Made by a program: the position numbers and the translations under genes. The notes beneath the pieces are model-generated. The model was not told the origin of the DNA. It worked only from the letters and a program-made list of their open reading frames with translations, and ran no database searches. From Cyanidioschyzon merolae (taxonomy: Eukaryota), in NCBI GenBank assembly GCA_000091205.1, contig AP006488.2: a stretch of 64,000 bases of DNA. One strand, 5' to 3'. Below are positions 54,270 through 64,000 of the stretch, piece after piece. Position 1 is the first letter of the stretch, and each line of letters begins with the position of its first letter.

Positions 54270-56740
54270 TGTTTCTCTATCGTACAAGATGTGTTTCGGT
54301 TGAAGCCATAGCAAATTATCGTCTTTCGATTCAGCTGTGCTCCAGCCCTAGCATTAGCGTTTTCAAGTGCTTTTTCGTGGTTTATAGCAGAAGCGTTCGT
54401 AGCGGGTTCGTTTTCAAAAATAAAAAAAGAAAAGCCATGGGGAAGGAAATGGAGGATCCGGTAGGCTCGGCGCCGCCGATCGCCGAAAACAAAAACTAAA
54501 AACACTGCCAAGCCCAGAGGATCAAGACAAGGCGAATATGAAGAAATGGGAGGCTCGACCTCAAAAGCGACACAAAAGGCGACAGTACGACGAGAATGTA
54601 GTGAAAGCATTTCTTCTACTCAAGACCAAGAATCCCTACAAGCAGGAGTTGCGAAAGGCCATCAGAAACCGTGTCGCGTCGTACTCCATCAGTATCATTA
54701 AGGCTTCTTCAGGACTGATGCATAAGGTGAGCGAGACGTATCGCGACATCACGGACAGCAGAACAGTCGAGGTTCCGGGAGAATTCTTCAGCGAGGCCTT
54801 CATCAAGCACCTGCTACGTGGCACAGGGGAAACTTCGAGGAGAAATGAGCGAGTGTATGCCCTCCAGGAAAATTATATCGTCTAACGCTTGAACGGTACG
54901 ATATAAAGGTGAGCTCGAATTTTTACATCTACGGGGCGGTGAAGTACACCACGAATCTGAAGAAACATTTGAGCATGAACCTAAAACGCTTCACGAAACG
55001 CTGCATCATATTTAAATCTACGGGGCGATGAAGTACACCACGAATATGAGGAACCATTTGACCATGAACCTCAAACGCATCATGAAACGCTCCATCTTTG
55101 CGCTGTACCCGGACCTCTCACACAAAGGGAAATGGGCCACCATGAGTAGCATCACGAACGATCGACAGCATGAACAGGAGATCGAATTCGCCGGTGAGGA
55201 GGCATCGCCCAGTACCATGAATGAAGCTCCTGTGGTCCGTGCGGCTGTCCAAGAGCACCGCGGAGGTCTGGGGCTGGCCAATCCAGAAGAAAAGGTATCA
55301 GAGATGGAAAAAGATGCTATCCCCTGAACCTGCGGTATTTCGTGTTTTTGGAACGAAGAACTCGAACGCAAGGCGCATATGGATCTGGGCATGGAGGTAT
55401 GTTGAGAGTCTTTGAAACGGATGGCTGGGCTTCTGGAGAAGCGCTTCAACGTCGTTCCGTTATGAAAGATCATGTCGTACTGTGTCACAATCGATTCCAG
55501 AGTCCTTCATGGCATCATGAGGAAGATTTGTTCGTAGTTCGATTCAGGCAGGGAGAGGTTCACCGGCGAAACCGGGAGACTTGTCGGAAGAATATCTTTG
55601 ATTTCAAATGTCTTAAAAGGAGCACAAAAAATGTATTCAGGGGTACGATTGGGAGCGATGGACTACCCATACGTTTGCACTATCGGCGCTTGATGGCGGA
55701 TCGTACGACGCAGGAGGTGCAGAAGAACGACTTTGTCGTTGACGTGGATTCTGCGAAATCGAATGTCAAGACCACCGCAGCACCCAAGTGTGCGCAAGAT
55801 GGTATCGACGGCAACTTATGCCAGAAAGGCATGTGTCTTATAACGTTCGCGAGAGCGAGACACTAACGAGAATCAGGAATCATGAACATGAGGAAAAAAA
55901 GTGAGACTTCGAATACAGATGTGAAGAAGCACCTGGAAGTGATCAGCCAGGCCACTTGCCATGGAGCGGACTTGCAAGCCTCTGTAGCGTTCATGAAAAT
56001 TCGAGCTGCTCATAACGAGTTGCTGTGGGAAAAGTACTCAATGACCCGGCGAGTTCGCCAGCGTCTCAACCTGCACTACGGAAAGCAGCACGCACTTGCC
56101 AATTTCCTCCATGAGGTGAGCGCCCTCACGGAGTACATGAGTCTAAGCCTCCTAGCAGCATACGTAGCATGGCGCTTGGCCTTCCAAAAAAGGGATCATA
56201 CGCTCTCCATCGACGAGAGCGTACCAGGCGTGCGCACAGCGCGTTGTCACAATACCGATGGATGAGTTCCGAACGTCATGAATACAGCATGAGCTGGGAA
56301 GTACACTTCAGAGGGTCAAGACGGAATAGTGCCAGCGGAGCCCTGAGGATATTGAAAAAGCATGGAGCGCCGACAGAACAGGAAATGGCACGGAGGGCAA
56401 AAGTTCGAGGAATCCTTGCATTAGTGAGTGCAAGCGACAGCAAGAAACTGATGGAGTTTGCGAACCGGGACTTTAACGCCGCTATCAATATCAGACGATG
56501 TGCCGTGCCTGAGACGAGCGCCGAAGAGCTGAGACGATCCAACTTCATGGGCAGCCCCTCAAGGCGGATTTGTCGAAGAAGAAGTCGAAACCGATAGTAG
56601 GTGGCCGGTCGCAATAAGCCGGGAGGCGTCTGCACGTGGGCGGCCAGACATATGGTCTATGGCGAGCGGAGCCTAGCGCGCTGCTCGCCACCACCGTACA
56701 CCGCGTGCAAACCTGCGCCGCTCGCAAGGCGTTCGTTGTT
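54270..56740 (+). mobile_element. Fanzor/TnpB-like element copy 5 (divergent family C; several frameshifts and stops)
   Basis: The 5' end 'agcgtgtttctcta...' and the N-terminal region 'MKKWEARPQKRHKRRQYDENVVKAFLLLKTKNPYKQELRKAIRNRVASYS...SSGLMH' are colinear with copies 1 and 3. The segment 'FVVDVDSAKSN' occupies the RuvC-I-like position. 'FANRDFNAAINIRRCA' is RuvC-III. The related 3' end is '...cgtctgcacgtggg...gccaccaccgtacaccgcg'. Confidence 0.55.
54927..55100 (+). repeat. Internal tandem duplication (2 x about 88 bp) within element copy 5
   Basis: 'atctacggggcggtgaagtacaccacgaatctgaagaaacatttgagcatgaacctaaaacgcttcacgaaacgc...' is repeated immediately as 'atctacggggcgatgaagtacaccacgaatatgaggaaccatttgaccatgaacctcaaacgcatcatgaaacgc...'. 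Confidence 0.5.
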
Positions 56741-57568
56741 GACGGCCGTGGTCGAATCCGCAGAGGCATGCAACACCCCTCGATGATATGTCATCTGCAG
56801 GAGCAGCATCGTCGTACACAGTCGCATCGACGATAAATGAATCACCTGTTTGTCGGGAATGATGCGCTCTGAGGCGTTCATTTCCCTGACGCGTACCGAG
56901 CGCACCTGTTTCCCTTTGCGATACCGGACCAGGTTCAGTTCAAGCGAAAGCGACCCTGTACAGAGTACCGTTTGATCCCTCGGAAACTGGCCGCGTTTGC
57001 GCTCTCGGAAGAGACAGGTTCGATGATTCGTTTCTGTATCGTCTAGAAAAATCGATCCCGAGACCTGCGAATCACACCCAAGACCCTACTGAGTCCTGAA
57101 ATCGACGACGAAACGTACAGGAACACCGGTAGTGAGCGGCATCCGCTGGCGTCTGGTCAATTCTGGAAGCATACCAGGGAGCGCCTGTGCTAGCATCCAT
57201 ACATGCCCATATTGGATCCGATGCGCTAGCGTCACAATACGCGTCGTTTCCGATTCGGAGTTCCAGCTTTGAACATCGTGGATCACACTCGCGCTTCGGT
57301 GGTTTCCAGGGTTCTCGCCTGAAACGGCGCCGATGCAGCCGCACCGATGTCTTTCGATGCTCCTTCGAACAAGAATCATTTTTGAATATAATACTGGTGC
57401 TGTTTTTGTGTTGCTTATCGTGACCAAATCATCTGAGTGACATGCTCTGCCATGCGCGCTGCGCGCGCATCGAAATCGTCGATTATTCAATGCTGCATCA
57501 CGAACGCAGACCCGGCGCCATGTGTCGTAAGGAGGCGTCGCTGATCCACAAGCGCTGCACCTGGCGTA

Positions 57569-58444
57569 CTATCGAGCGCCCGCGTTTCCTGAGCCGAGTC
57601 TGAAGCCCTTCAATCGACGCCAATCACGTCGATTCATCTCGCTCAAGATCTCTCGCATCAGTTTATAAAACCTGGAATCGTGCTCTGCGTGCTCATTGTG
57701 CGCAAGCTCGTGTGCCAGTACTTCCCGAATAGCGTCATATCGGCGAAATCCGGCCAAATCATCGGTTCGCAATCGCAGATAAATCGCAGCACCGCGACCT
57801 TGATTCAGTCCAAGGACGCAAACCGGATCGACGCCGACTCGACCGTCAGGAGCCATTTCACAGAGTGCACCCACTCGCCAGTGCCATTTCTGCATAACGT
57901 AATTAACACCGGGATCTCTAGCCAGCTGTTCTAACAAAGAATGGGCCTGATGAGCATCGGCAAAGTTCCCGAGCACCCGAAGCTCGGAGAAGCCCCAACG
58001 CGAGCAGCTCCCAACCGGTGCGCGCGGATACAGCTCGCCATCGAACGGCCGAGCCGGACGCCGTCCAGGCCCGTCAAAATCCGCCGGCCGCACAAGCGGG
58101 TCTGGTCGAGCGAGTTGAACGCGCTCCAGTGCAAACGAAGCCGTGCCGATGACGCGAAGCGGTTGCTGCTTCTGAACAGCCGCGAGGAGCGCGTCCCCAG
58201 TGCGAAGAACACGTCCTTGTGCGATCAGTTTCACAGTTTCTCTGGCAAAGTTCCAAGCTGAAGCCACCTGCTCCCGCAACTCCTCGTAAAGAGCCTCTGG
58301 ATCGGCCGCAGACACCCGCAACACGCGGTCGTTCACCCGCACCTCCAGCGACGACGCAGCGTCTGTGCAGGGTGCCCTCAGCTCTGGACTGTCCCCGGAA
58401 GCTCCGGCACCATTCGTCCCTATCTGTGCCACAGCAGAGGTCAT
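57569..58444 (-). CDS. WLM (Wss1-like) zinc metalloprotease with an N-terminal ubiquitin-like region
   Basis: The WLM core includes 'LGLNQGRGAAIYLRLRTDDLAGFRRYDAIREVLAHELAHNEHAEHDSRFYKLMREI', which contains the HExxH motif 'HELAH'. The N-terminal 'LRVSAADPEALYEELREQVASAWNFARETVKLIAQGRVL' region is ubiquitin-like. Confidence 0.65.
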   Translation of the reverse strand: MTSAVAQIGTNGAGASGDSPELRAPCTDAASSLEVRVNDRVLRVSAADPEALYEELREQVASAWNFARETVKLIAQGRVLRTGDALLAAVQKQQPLRVIGTASFALERVQLARPDPLVRPADFDGPGRRPARPFDGELYPRAPVGSCSRWGFSELRVLGNFADAHQAHSLLEQLARDPGVNYVMQKWHWRVGALCEMAPDGRVGVDPVCVLGLNQGRGAAIYLRLRTDDLAGFRRYDAIREVLAHELAHNEHAEHDSRFYKLMREILSEMNRRDWRRLKGFRLGSGNAGAR

Positions 58445-58713
58445 TCTAAGTCCCGCAGATCACTGGTTGCAATCTGAAGGGAACCTCGGGTCTAAAACAG
58501 CGATTTTAGCGCTCGTATCAGAATATTCCTACCTCGCACGTGAACGTACAAGCTATGCGGTACGCGTGTGGTACTGCTGAAACTGCAGTGAGCGTAGACA
58601 CGTATCGTTGGAATGAGCGCGCTGCAATCGGAACATGCAGCATGCCCGCACCGCTCGTGCGCGCTTTCGATCATCACGTCCCATCGATGGAAGCTGCGCT
58701 CGGTTTCCGCAGA

Positions 58714-58742
58714 TGCGTGCGTGCGTGCGTGCGTGCGTGCGG
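58714..58742. repeat. (GCGT)n tetranucleotide repeat
   Basis: 'gcgtgcgtgcgtgcgtgcgtgcgtgcgg'. Confidence 0.8.
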
Positions 58743-58744
58743 CA

Positions 58745-58873
58745 GCGACACTGTGACGCCCTGGACCGTACAAAGCGTCTTAGATTCGTATCATCAGAAT
58801 TTTACCGGCAGCGACATCCTGAAGCCCTTGACCGTGCAAAGACCCTTAGATTCGAATCATCAGAATTTTATCC
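58745..58873. repeat. Tandem duplication (2 x about 63 bp) '...cccttgaccgtgcaaagacccttagattcgaatcatcagaatttta'
   Basis: Read directly in the sequence. Confidence 0.6.
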
Positions 58874-58887
58874 CGACCTGAAATCAT

Positions 58888-59559
58888 CTATTCAGAGGCT
58901 GCATTCGTGCCGTTGTCGCCGTTTTCTGGAGAACGTTGCGACTCGGGCGGCTTGCGACGCCGTCCAAATACCTTACCCATGATATCTGCGTCTTCATCAA
59001 CGTAGCCCTCGTCAACGTAGGGCAAACGGAGGTCAAAGCGTTCTCCATAATCGAAGCGCGGTATACCGAAGGACGGCCAGGGCAGTATAATGCCCCGTTT
59101 TGGTTCTTCGCCGTACCCGACCTCTTTCCAGGTCCCAGCAGTACGCTCCTTCTCTCGTTGCCGCTCCCAGGCTATTAGCGGGTCCTCGCCCGGTTTTGGT
59201 TTCTCTTTGGCGTTGAGCTGCTCCTGCACAGCTTGACGCCGCTCTGCAACGCCTTCGAGGTGCCGCCCAGCTCGGCGCGCTTCCAGCTTCTCCCGCATAA
59301 TTCTCTGTTGCTCTGCAATTTCACGCTCCCTTTGACTTTCAAGTTGTTTGTTCTGTGCGCGGTCATTCTCTCCGTCGCCGAAGAGTGGTTTGAACGCGTC
59401 AAACAAACCGGCGATAACAGCTCGGGATGTTGCCCGCGTTCGAGGTGCACGTCGCCAGTGACGTCCTGGGGCAAGGCACGCTCCTCGAGCCTGCCAACGA
59501 CAGTCCAACGCGCTCCGTACCACAGGCAAACGACTTGCTGCGAACGCGTTTACGGTCAT
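58888..59559 (-). CDS. Hypothetical protein (223 aa) with a basic N-terminal presequence and a charged coiled-coil-like middle region
   Basis: Intact ORF. The N-terminus 'MTVNAFAASRLPVVRSALDCRWQARG...' is rich in Arg, Ser and Ala. The middle is dominated by E/R/K/Q heptad-like runs. Confidence 0.45.
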   Translation of the reverse strand: MTVNAFAASRLPVVRSALDCRWQARGACLAPGRHWRRAPRTRATSRAVIAGLFDAFKPLFGDGENDRAQNKQLESQREREIAEQQRIMREKLEARRAGRHLEGVAERRQAVQEQLNAKEKPKPGEDPLIAWERQREKERTAGTWKEVGYGEEPKRGIILPWPSFGIPRFDYGERFDLRLPYVDEGYVDEDADIMGKVFGRRRKPPESQRSPENGDNGTNAASE

Positions 59560-60465
59560 GAAGCAGTTGCAAGAGCGCTCTGTGCGCGCTTACCCCCAGC
59601 ACTACATGTGCCTTTCTGCTACGGATGGGGCGCAAACGTGCATTCCGCAACAGGCGCAAGCCTACCATCCATTGCGGATGCGCGCATCAGGGGCGTGCGC
59701 AGCCCGCGCACTGGCGGTGCCTGCCAGCTCGGACGGCAGCATCCTCCGCGATGTACCCACAGTGGCTTCGTACGGAACAGATCCTCCACGTTACCTCCGG
59801 CGTATAAACTGAGGTTAGGGGCTATTCCTACCGCCACCAACGTAATGCGTATACAGACAGAAGATGCAAAATCAGTACATAACTTTACCACCAATACTCT
59901 TCGATTGCGGGCAACAGAGTCGCATGAATGGAAGACACCATTCTATTTAAAGCCACAGCAAAGAGAGATGTAAAGGAAGCAGTCACGGAACAAGCCCCGA
60001 GTGGCTGATGTTGATGAGCGTGTGCATCGCTGCGTCGAACACACGTGTGTATGCGCCTGTGGCGACGACACGTATCTGTCCAATTTGTGCAGATATGGAT
60101 CTATTGTGTACCATTCGGATACACGTCGCTATGTTCAAAAAGAGCCATATATACACTTTTTTCCCTAAAATAGCCGAAGTCGCCTCAGAACGATCGTGCG
60201 CCCGCTGGGCTTGTCCCGGGTGCCGACTCGGGAAGCAGCTTCGTGCACAGGCAAACATCGAAAAGCACGTGCTGCTGCTTCTGTACGGCTCCAGGCATAC
60301 GCTACACGCTTTTCTGCTCATAGACAGCGGAAGCGACAAGTTCGGTTACTGCCTTGAAGACTTAGACGCTTTAGAGAGACCATCATATCGATTGTTTCAG
60401 TTTTCTGACCTCCTCGTAACCACCACGCTCGCATCTCTGTTGCAACGGCACGCGCAGCAGCTCTC

Positions 60466-61446
60466 ATGGCAGCCAAAGCTGAACCCGGGCATCCAGAGAG
60501 TGGAAAGCTGCATCAAAGGTGGCGCAAAGCCAAGGAAGCCGGTAATCTGAGCACGTTTGCATCACCTGCAGAGCTGCGAGCACTCGTCCAAGCGAAACTG
60601 ACACCCGAGGAGCAAGTGCGTTTCGGGATGCAGTGTGCAGGGCTGGCAGCCAAGGCACTTGAGGTACTCGACAAGTCGCTTACATCTTTAGAGCAAGACA
60701 TTGAAAACGAGTCCTGTGACTGGGAAATAGAATCGGACGCTGCCATGGACCGTGTTGCCAGGCGATTCCTTGCCGATCTCGAACAGCTAAAGCAAACTGG
60801 CAGCGCGCGTCGACTCACCCAACTCAGTATTTGGCGTCGCATCAGTCGCTATGTCGTCCTGGCGGAAAGGCGAGCAGCGGAAGCGTCGCGCCAACGCGAG
60901 CATGAACTGCAGGCTGAAGGCAGTCCTTTTGTGAGGCAAGTCGCGAAGATCGCGGACCAGGCATCCAAGACTCCGGGATACCGCCAGGTCGTTGCCTGGG
61001 AGCATCTGGAAGAGCTTGCAGACGCGGCAACTGCAGATGGTGCATTCGGTTCGCAGTCGCGGTCGATGTCACGTATCTTACGTCGCCCAGAAAGTCGGTT
61101 TCGACTCTTGCTCACGAAACTAGAGCTTGGCGAGGAGCTCTGCACACCCGAGGAGCGGCGTTTGATGCTAGCATTGGATACCTCTGATGCGAGACTTGAA
61201 CCCGAACGCATGCGCTCGAGGAAGAGGGCACCTGGTGGAGCGCAGGATGGCGCCTCTGCAAAGCGCGACCACGGGAGGTCTGCATCCGTTTCGTCGTCGT
61301 CGTCGTCATCGTCGTCGTCGTTAGATCCAGAGCACGAGGACGACGTGCACCCAGCGGCCAAGAACGCGTCTTCCGTGAGAAAGAAAAGACGACATCACCG
61401 GCGACGATCATCCAATAAAAACGAAACACTGGAGAATCCTCAGTGA
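60466..61446 (+). CDS. Hypothetical protein (326 aa), partly low complexity (poly-Ser, basic C-terminal tail)
   Basis: The ORF is intact from an ATG. It contains SSSSSSSSSSS, encoded by (GTC/GTCGTC)n, and ends in 'KKRRHHRRRSSNKNE'. Confidence 0.45.
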   Translation: MAAKAEPGHPESGKLHQRWRKAKEAGNLSTFASPAELRALVQAKLTPEEQVRFGMQCAGLAAKALEVLDKSLTSLEQDIENESCDWEIESDAAMDRVARRFLADLEQLKQTGSARRLTQLSIWRRISRYVVLAERRAAEASRQREHELQAEGSPFVRQVAKIADQASKTPGYRQVVAWEHLEELADAATADGAFGSQSRSMSRILRRPESRFRLLLTKLELGEELCTPEERRLMLALDTSDARLEPERMRSRKRAPGGAQDGASAKRDHGRSASVSSSSSSSSSSLDPEHEDDVHPAAKNASSVRKKRRHHRRRSSNKNETLENPQ

Positions 61447-62440
61447 GCTAGCATTTGAGCGAGATTGCCGCTGAATCATCGCCGTGCCCTGGCCCTGTGG
61501 ATATCGCATGATGCCTCGTTTACAGCGGTTCAGTCATGATACTGGGTGGTGATTATCGCCGCCGGAATACCTCAGGACTAGACCGCGGATCGTTGGAGGC
61601 TACGCTCGCGTCCATCGCGTGTACCATGCGCTGCAAAAGTGGTGCTTGTCTGCAGCTCCACAAAGAGCACATGATCGCGTGCTGTGCTGCGAGCACCACG
61701 GCGCCGGCCTCTGTCGGCAAACGCGCTCAAAGGCGTACTCGCGACAAGCATGAATTCAGCAGGAATATTGGCGCTGGTTGAGGCACTACGACTGACTATC
61801 GAGAGACCAATCTCAGCAACCGCAGCATGCGTCGATCACTGGGGCGCAGCTTAAACTCCAGCATCGATGCGGCCGCGTCAGAGCCAGACCTGCAGACTAG
61901 TGGACAGAGCGCAGCATGCCTCATTCTGGATTTCGCAGAAGTACCCGCCAGAGACGCTTCTCATGGTAGCCAGTGGCGGATCGCGTCTATTTCGGTACCG
62001 GGAATTCGGACGGATTCCGCGTCCAGTCGACCGGGGACGGTTCACGCTCTCCACTCGGACGTCAACGCGTTTCAGTTTGGTGATGAAGGTGCTGCATTCA
62101 TCGACCGACCAGTCTGCATGACGATTCGACGAACATCGGGCGGAACCTTTGATGCATACCTCTGGAGCATGATTCGCAGAGGTGTACTTTTTTGCAGGTC
62201 GTCGAGGTGGAGCGTGTGGCGAGAGCCACATATTTGAGCGACCTCGCACCGGGCGTGATCCAAGACACCATTCGGCTGATGCTCAAGCGTGCCTCGCGTA
62301 CCCGACATGTCGTTGCTCACCTTCGTGATGCTGGTGTGCTTCTATGGGTAGCGTACTTGCGCTCGTTTGCGAAGCGTAGCGGACCTTGAGGACAAATGGC
62401 ACGCTCCAGCAGCCATGCGCTTGCATAGGTCATGCATTCA

Positions 62441-63994
62441 TCATGTGATGCTTTCCAAAGCAGCACCTAGGGCGTGGTCATCAAACACGTCGTGGAAATC
62501 CCAGAACTGCACATTCCAGCGGGGGTGGTAGCGCCGACACCAGCGCTCAAAACCCTGGATATATGCGGGTCGCAGGTGCGCATCCAAAGAGTTCCGAAAC
62601 GCCACCATGGACTCCTCGATGATCGAGGGATCCATGAGAATGCTCCCCGACAACGGATCCAGCATCACCTTGACCGGAACATGCTCATAACCCCAGAAAG
62701 GCAGTTTCGTCCCGATATCGCCGACCGCTGCCCATCGGAATGAAAACGGCACATGTCGCTGGAACGCTGCAGCGAAAGCGCGATTCCCGACTCGAGGCGA
62801 CCCAAAAGTCACACACATTACCAGATCCGATGACAGACGCAACGACTGTGAATTCTCAAAACACGTCATATCGAGGGCAGCGATGCTTGCCAGGGCCCCG
62901 CCGAGAGAGTGACCTCAAAAGATCACCGGTTTGTGGTTGCAAGATGCACTATCCAAGGAGTTCATCGCACTACACGGTTGCGCTTCGCTCGCATCTGCTG
63001 CTGCTGCTGCTGCTGCTGTAGCAGTTTCGCTTCGACACCGCGCTGCGGTCTCTGTACCCGCTAAGCTCAGCTGCTGTTGCTGCTGCCCGTGTTCACAACC
63101 GCCACGAATATCCGCACTGGACACCTCGGGAAAGCGGTTCGATGGTTGCACGCGCCTATCCAGGCTGGTAGCGACACCACAAGTGGTATCGCCGCAGGTG
63201 CTGCTCAAGGGCGCGCAAGCCGCATCCACTGCGGTTGGTGCAGTGCTCGAGGGCTCTGCAACAAGCGGTTTCAGCGTCTCCATTAACTCTTCATGCACGG
63301 ATAAATAGGCGTGCAAAAATCCACCGTGCACCATTGTAGGCACTCGTCGCCCTATGAGATACGAAAAATCCTCACCAGCCTGAGCGCGAAAATCACCAAA
63401 GCGCAGGGAACGGATCCCGCGTACGCTCAGCATATACTGCCACCATCGTCGATGTGCAAAACGGCCTCCAGGATCTAAACCGAGTTCCTGTGACAGGGCA
63501 TCATCAAGACCGCGCTCTATATGCGAATCGTCCTTGGCAAAGGCCTCCACTGATGCCTGGTGCTTCCTAGTCGAATCTATTTCGCGCTTGCTGTGTGTTG
63601 CGGGCGGTATTTGCGAACAAGTCGCAGCCGAGGTGCCGCTACGCCCGGCAGCCAAGGCAGTGGTGCTTACAGCATTCGTCGTACGAGGCATTCGAGTTGT
63701 ACCGTCGACCGTCGCTTTCGCCGGTGACTCCCGCAACGACCCGCGTTGACCGTGTTTGCTGCAGGCGCTCAAGCGCCACGTATCCTGTATTTGCGGACAT
63801 TCACGTGCATGCAGGTGCTCCTTGAGAGGAACCCGTCGGACATTCATATCTGTGCGTAAATTTCTGGTGCTTTTGGTACCGCGAAAGCTCACCACAATCC
63901 TATCCGCCAAGTCAATGACGAGCACATGTACATCTGTAACGGCGCTGGAGATATGCCGCACGACTCGTGCTTGCAGGGGGTCCATTTCGCCCAC
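62441..63994 (-). pseudogene. Class-3 (fungal-type) lipase family gene with an in-frame TGA inside the nucleophile elbow; its 5' end runs off the window
   Basis: Upstream of the stop the protein reads 'IVVSFRGTKSTRNLRTDM' and 'VHGGFLHAYL', ending 'CNHKPVIF' followed by TGA at 62912..62914. The same frame continues 'GHSLGGALASIAALD-MTCFENSQ...VTFGSPRVGNRAFAAAF'. The GHSLGG nucleophile elbow sits immediately after the stop. The first codon at 63994 is GTG and the frame is open to the window end. Confidence 0.6.
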
Positions 63995-64000
63995 ACCATA

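Noticed and set aside
1-64000. Prokaryotic origin of the window, suggested by the bacterial-type ppsA and TnpB-like genes
   Set aside because: Coding density is about 35-40% with long gene-free stretches, there are mini- and microsatellites, and typical eukaryotic families are present (DHHC-CRD palmitoyltransferase, ARF-like GTPase, Hedgehog-type Hint, LINE RT/EN remnant, WLM, NDOR1). No operon-like organisation is visible.

Overview
This window looks like nuclear DNA from an intron-poor eukaryote, probably a photosynthetic protist or alga. About 35-40% of the window is coding. Recognisable eukaryotic gene families include a DHHC palmitoyltransferase, an ARF-like GTPase, a Hedgehog-type Hint domain, a LINE reverse-transcriptase remnant, and a POR-like SDR enzyme with the POR-specific loop. 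The window opens on three C-rich telomere-like repeat units followed by about 3 kb of low-GC sequence with no convincing genes. The body of the window resembles an accessory or subtelomeric compartment. It carries at least five copies plus one solo end of a repetitive element that encodes a TnpB/Fanzor-like RuvC nuclease; every copy has a stop or frameshift. It also carries several dispersed direct and inverted repeat pairs, mini- and microsatellites, and a degenerate LINE remnant. Apparently intact housekeeping-type genes are present: a bacterial-type PEP synthase, NDOR1/Tah18, TruB, NMNAT, glutaredoxin, a WLM protease and the DHHC palmitoyltransferase. Three other genes carry lesions at conserved sites: a POR-like protein with YxxxK changed to FxxxK, an ARF-like GTPase missing its P-loop Lys, switch-II Gln and NKxD Asn, and a class-3 lipase with an in-frame TGA at the nucleophile elbow. 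The most notable structures are the mosaic, partly propagated-while-defective Fanzor/TnpB-like element family, and the bacterial-type PEP synthase gene sandwiched between two near-identical copies of that family. A secreted Kelch beta-propeller fused to a Hint autoprocessing domain sits next to a truncated paralog that carries trefoil (P-type) domains instead. All calls come from reading the sequence and the supplied ORF translations. No database search was possible.
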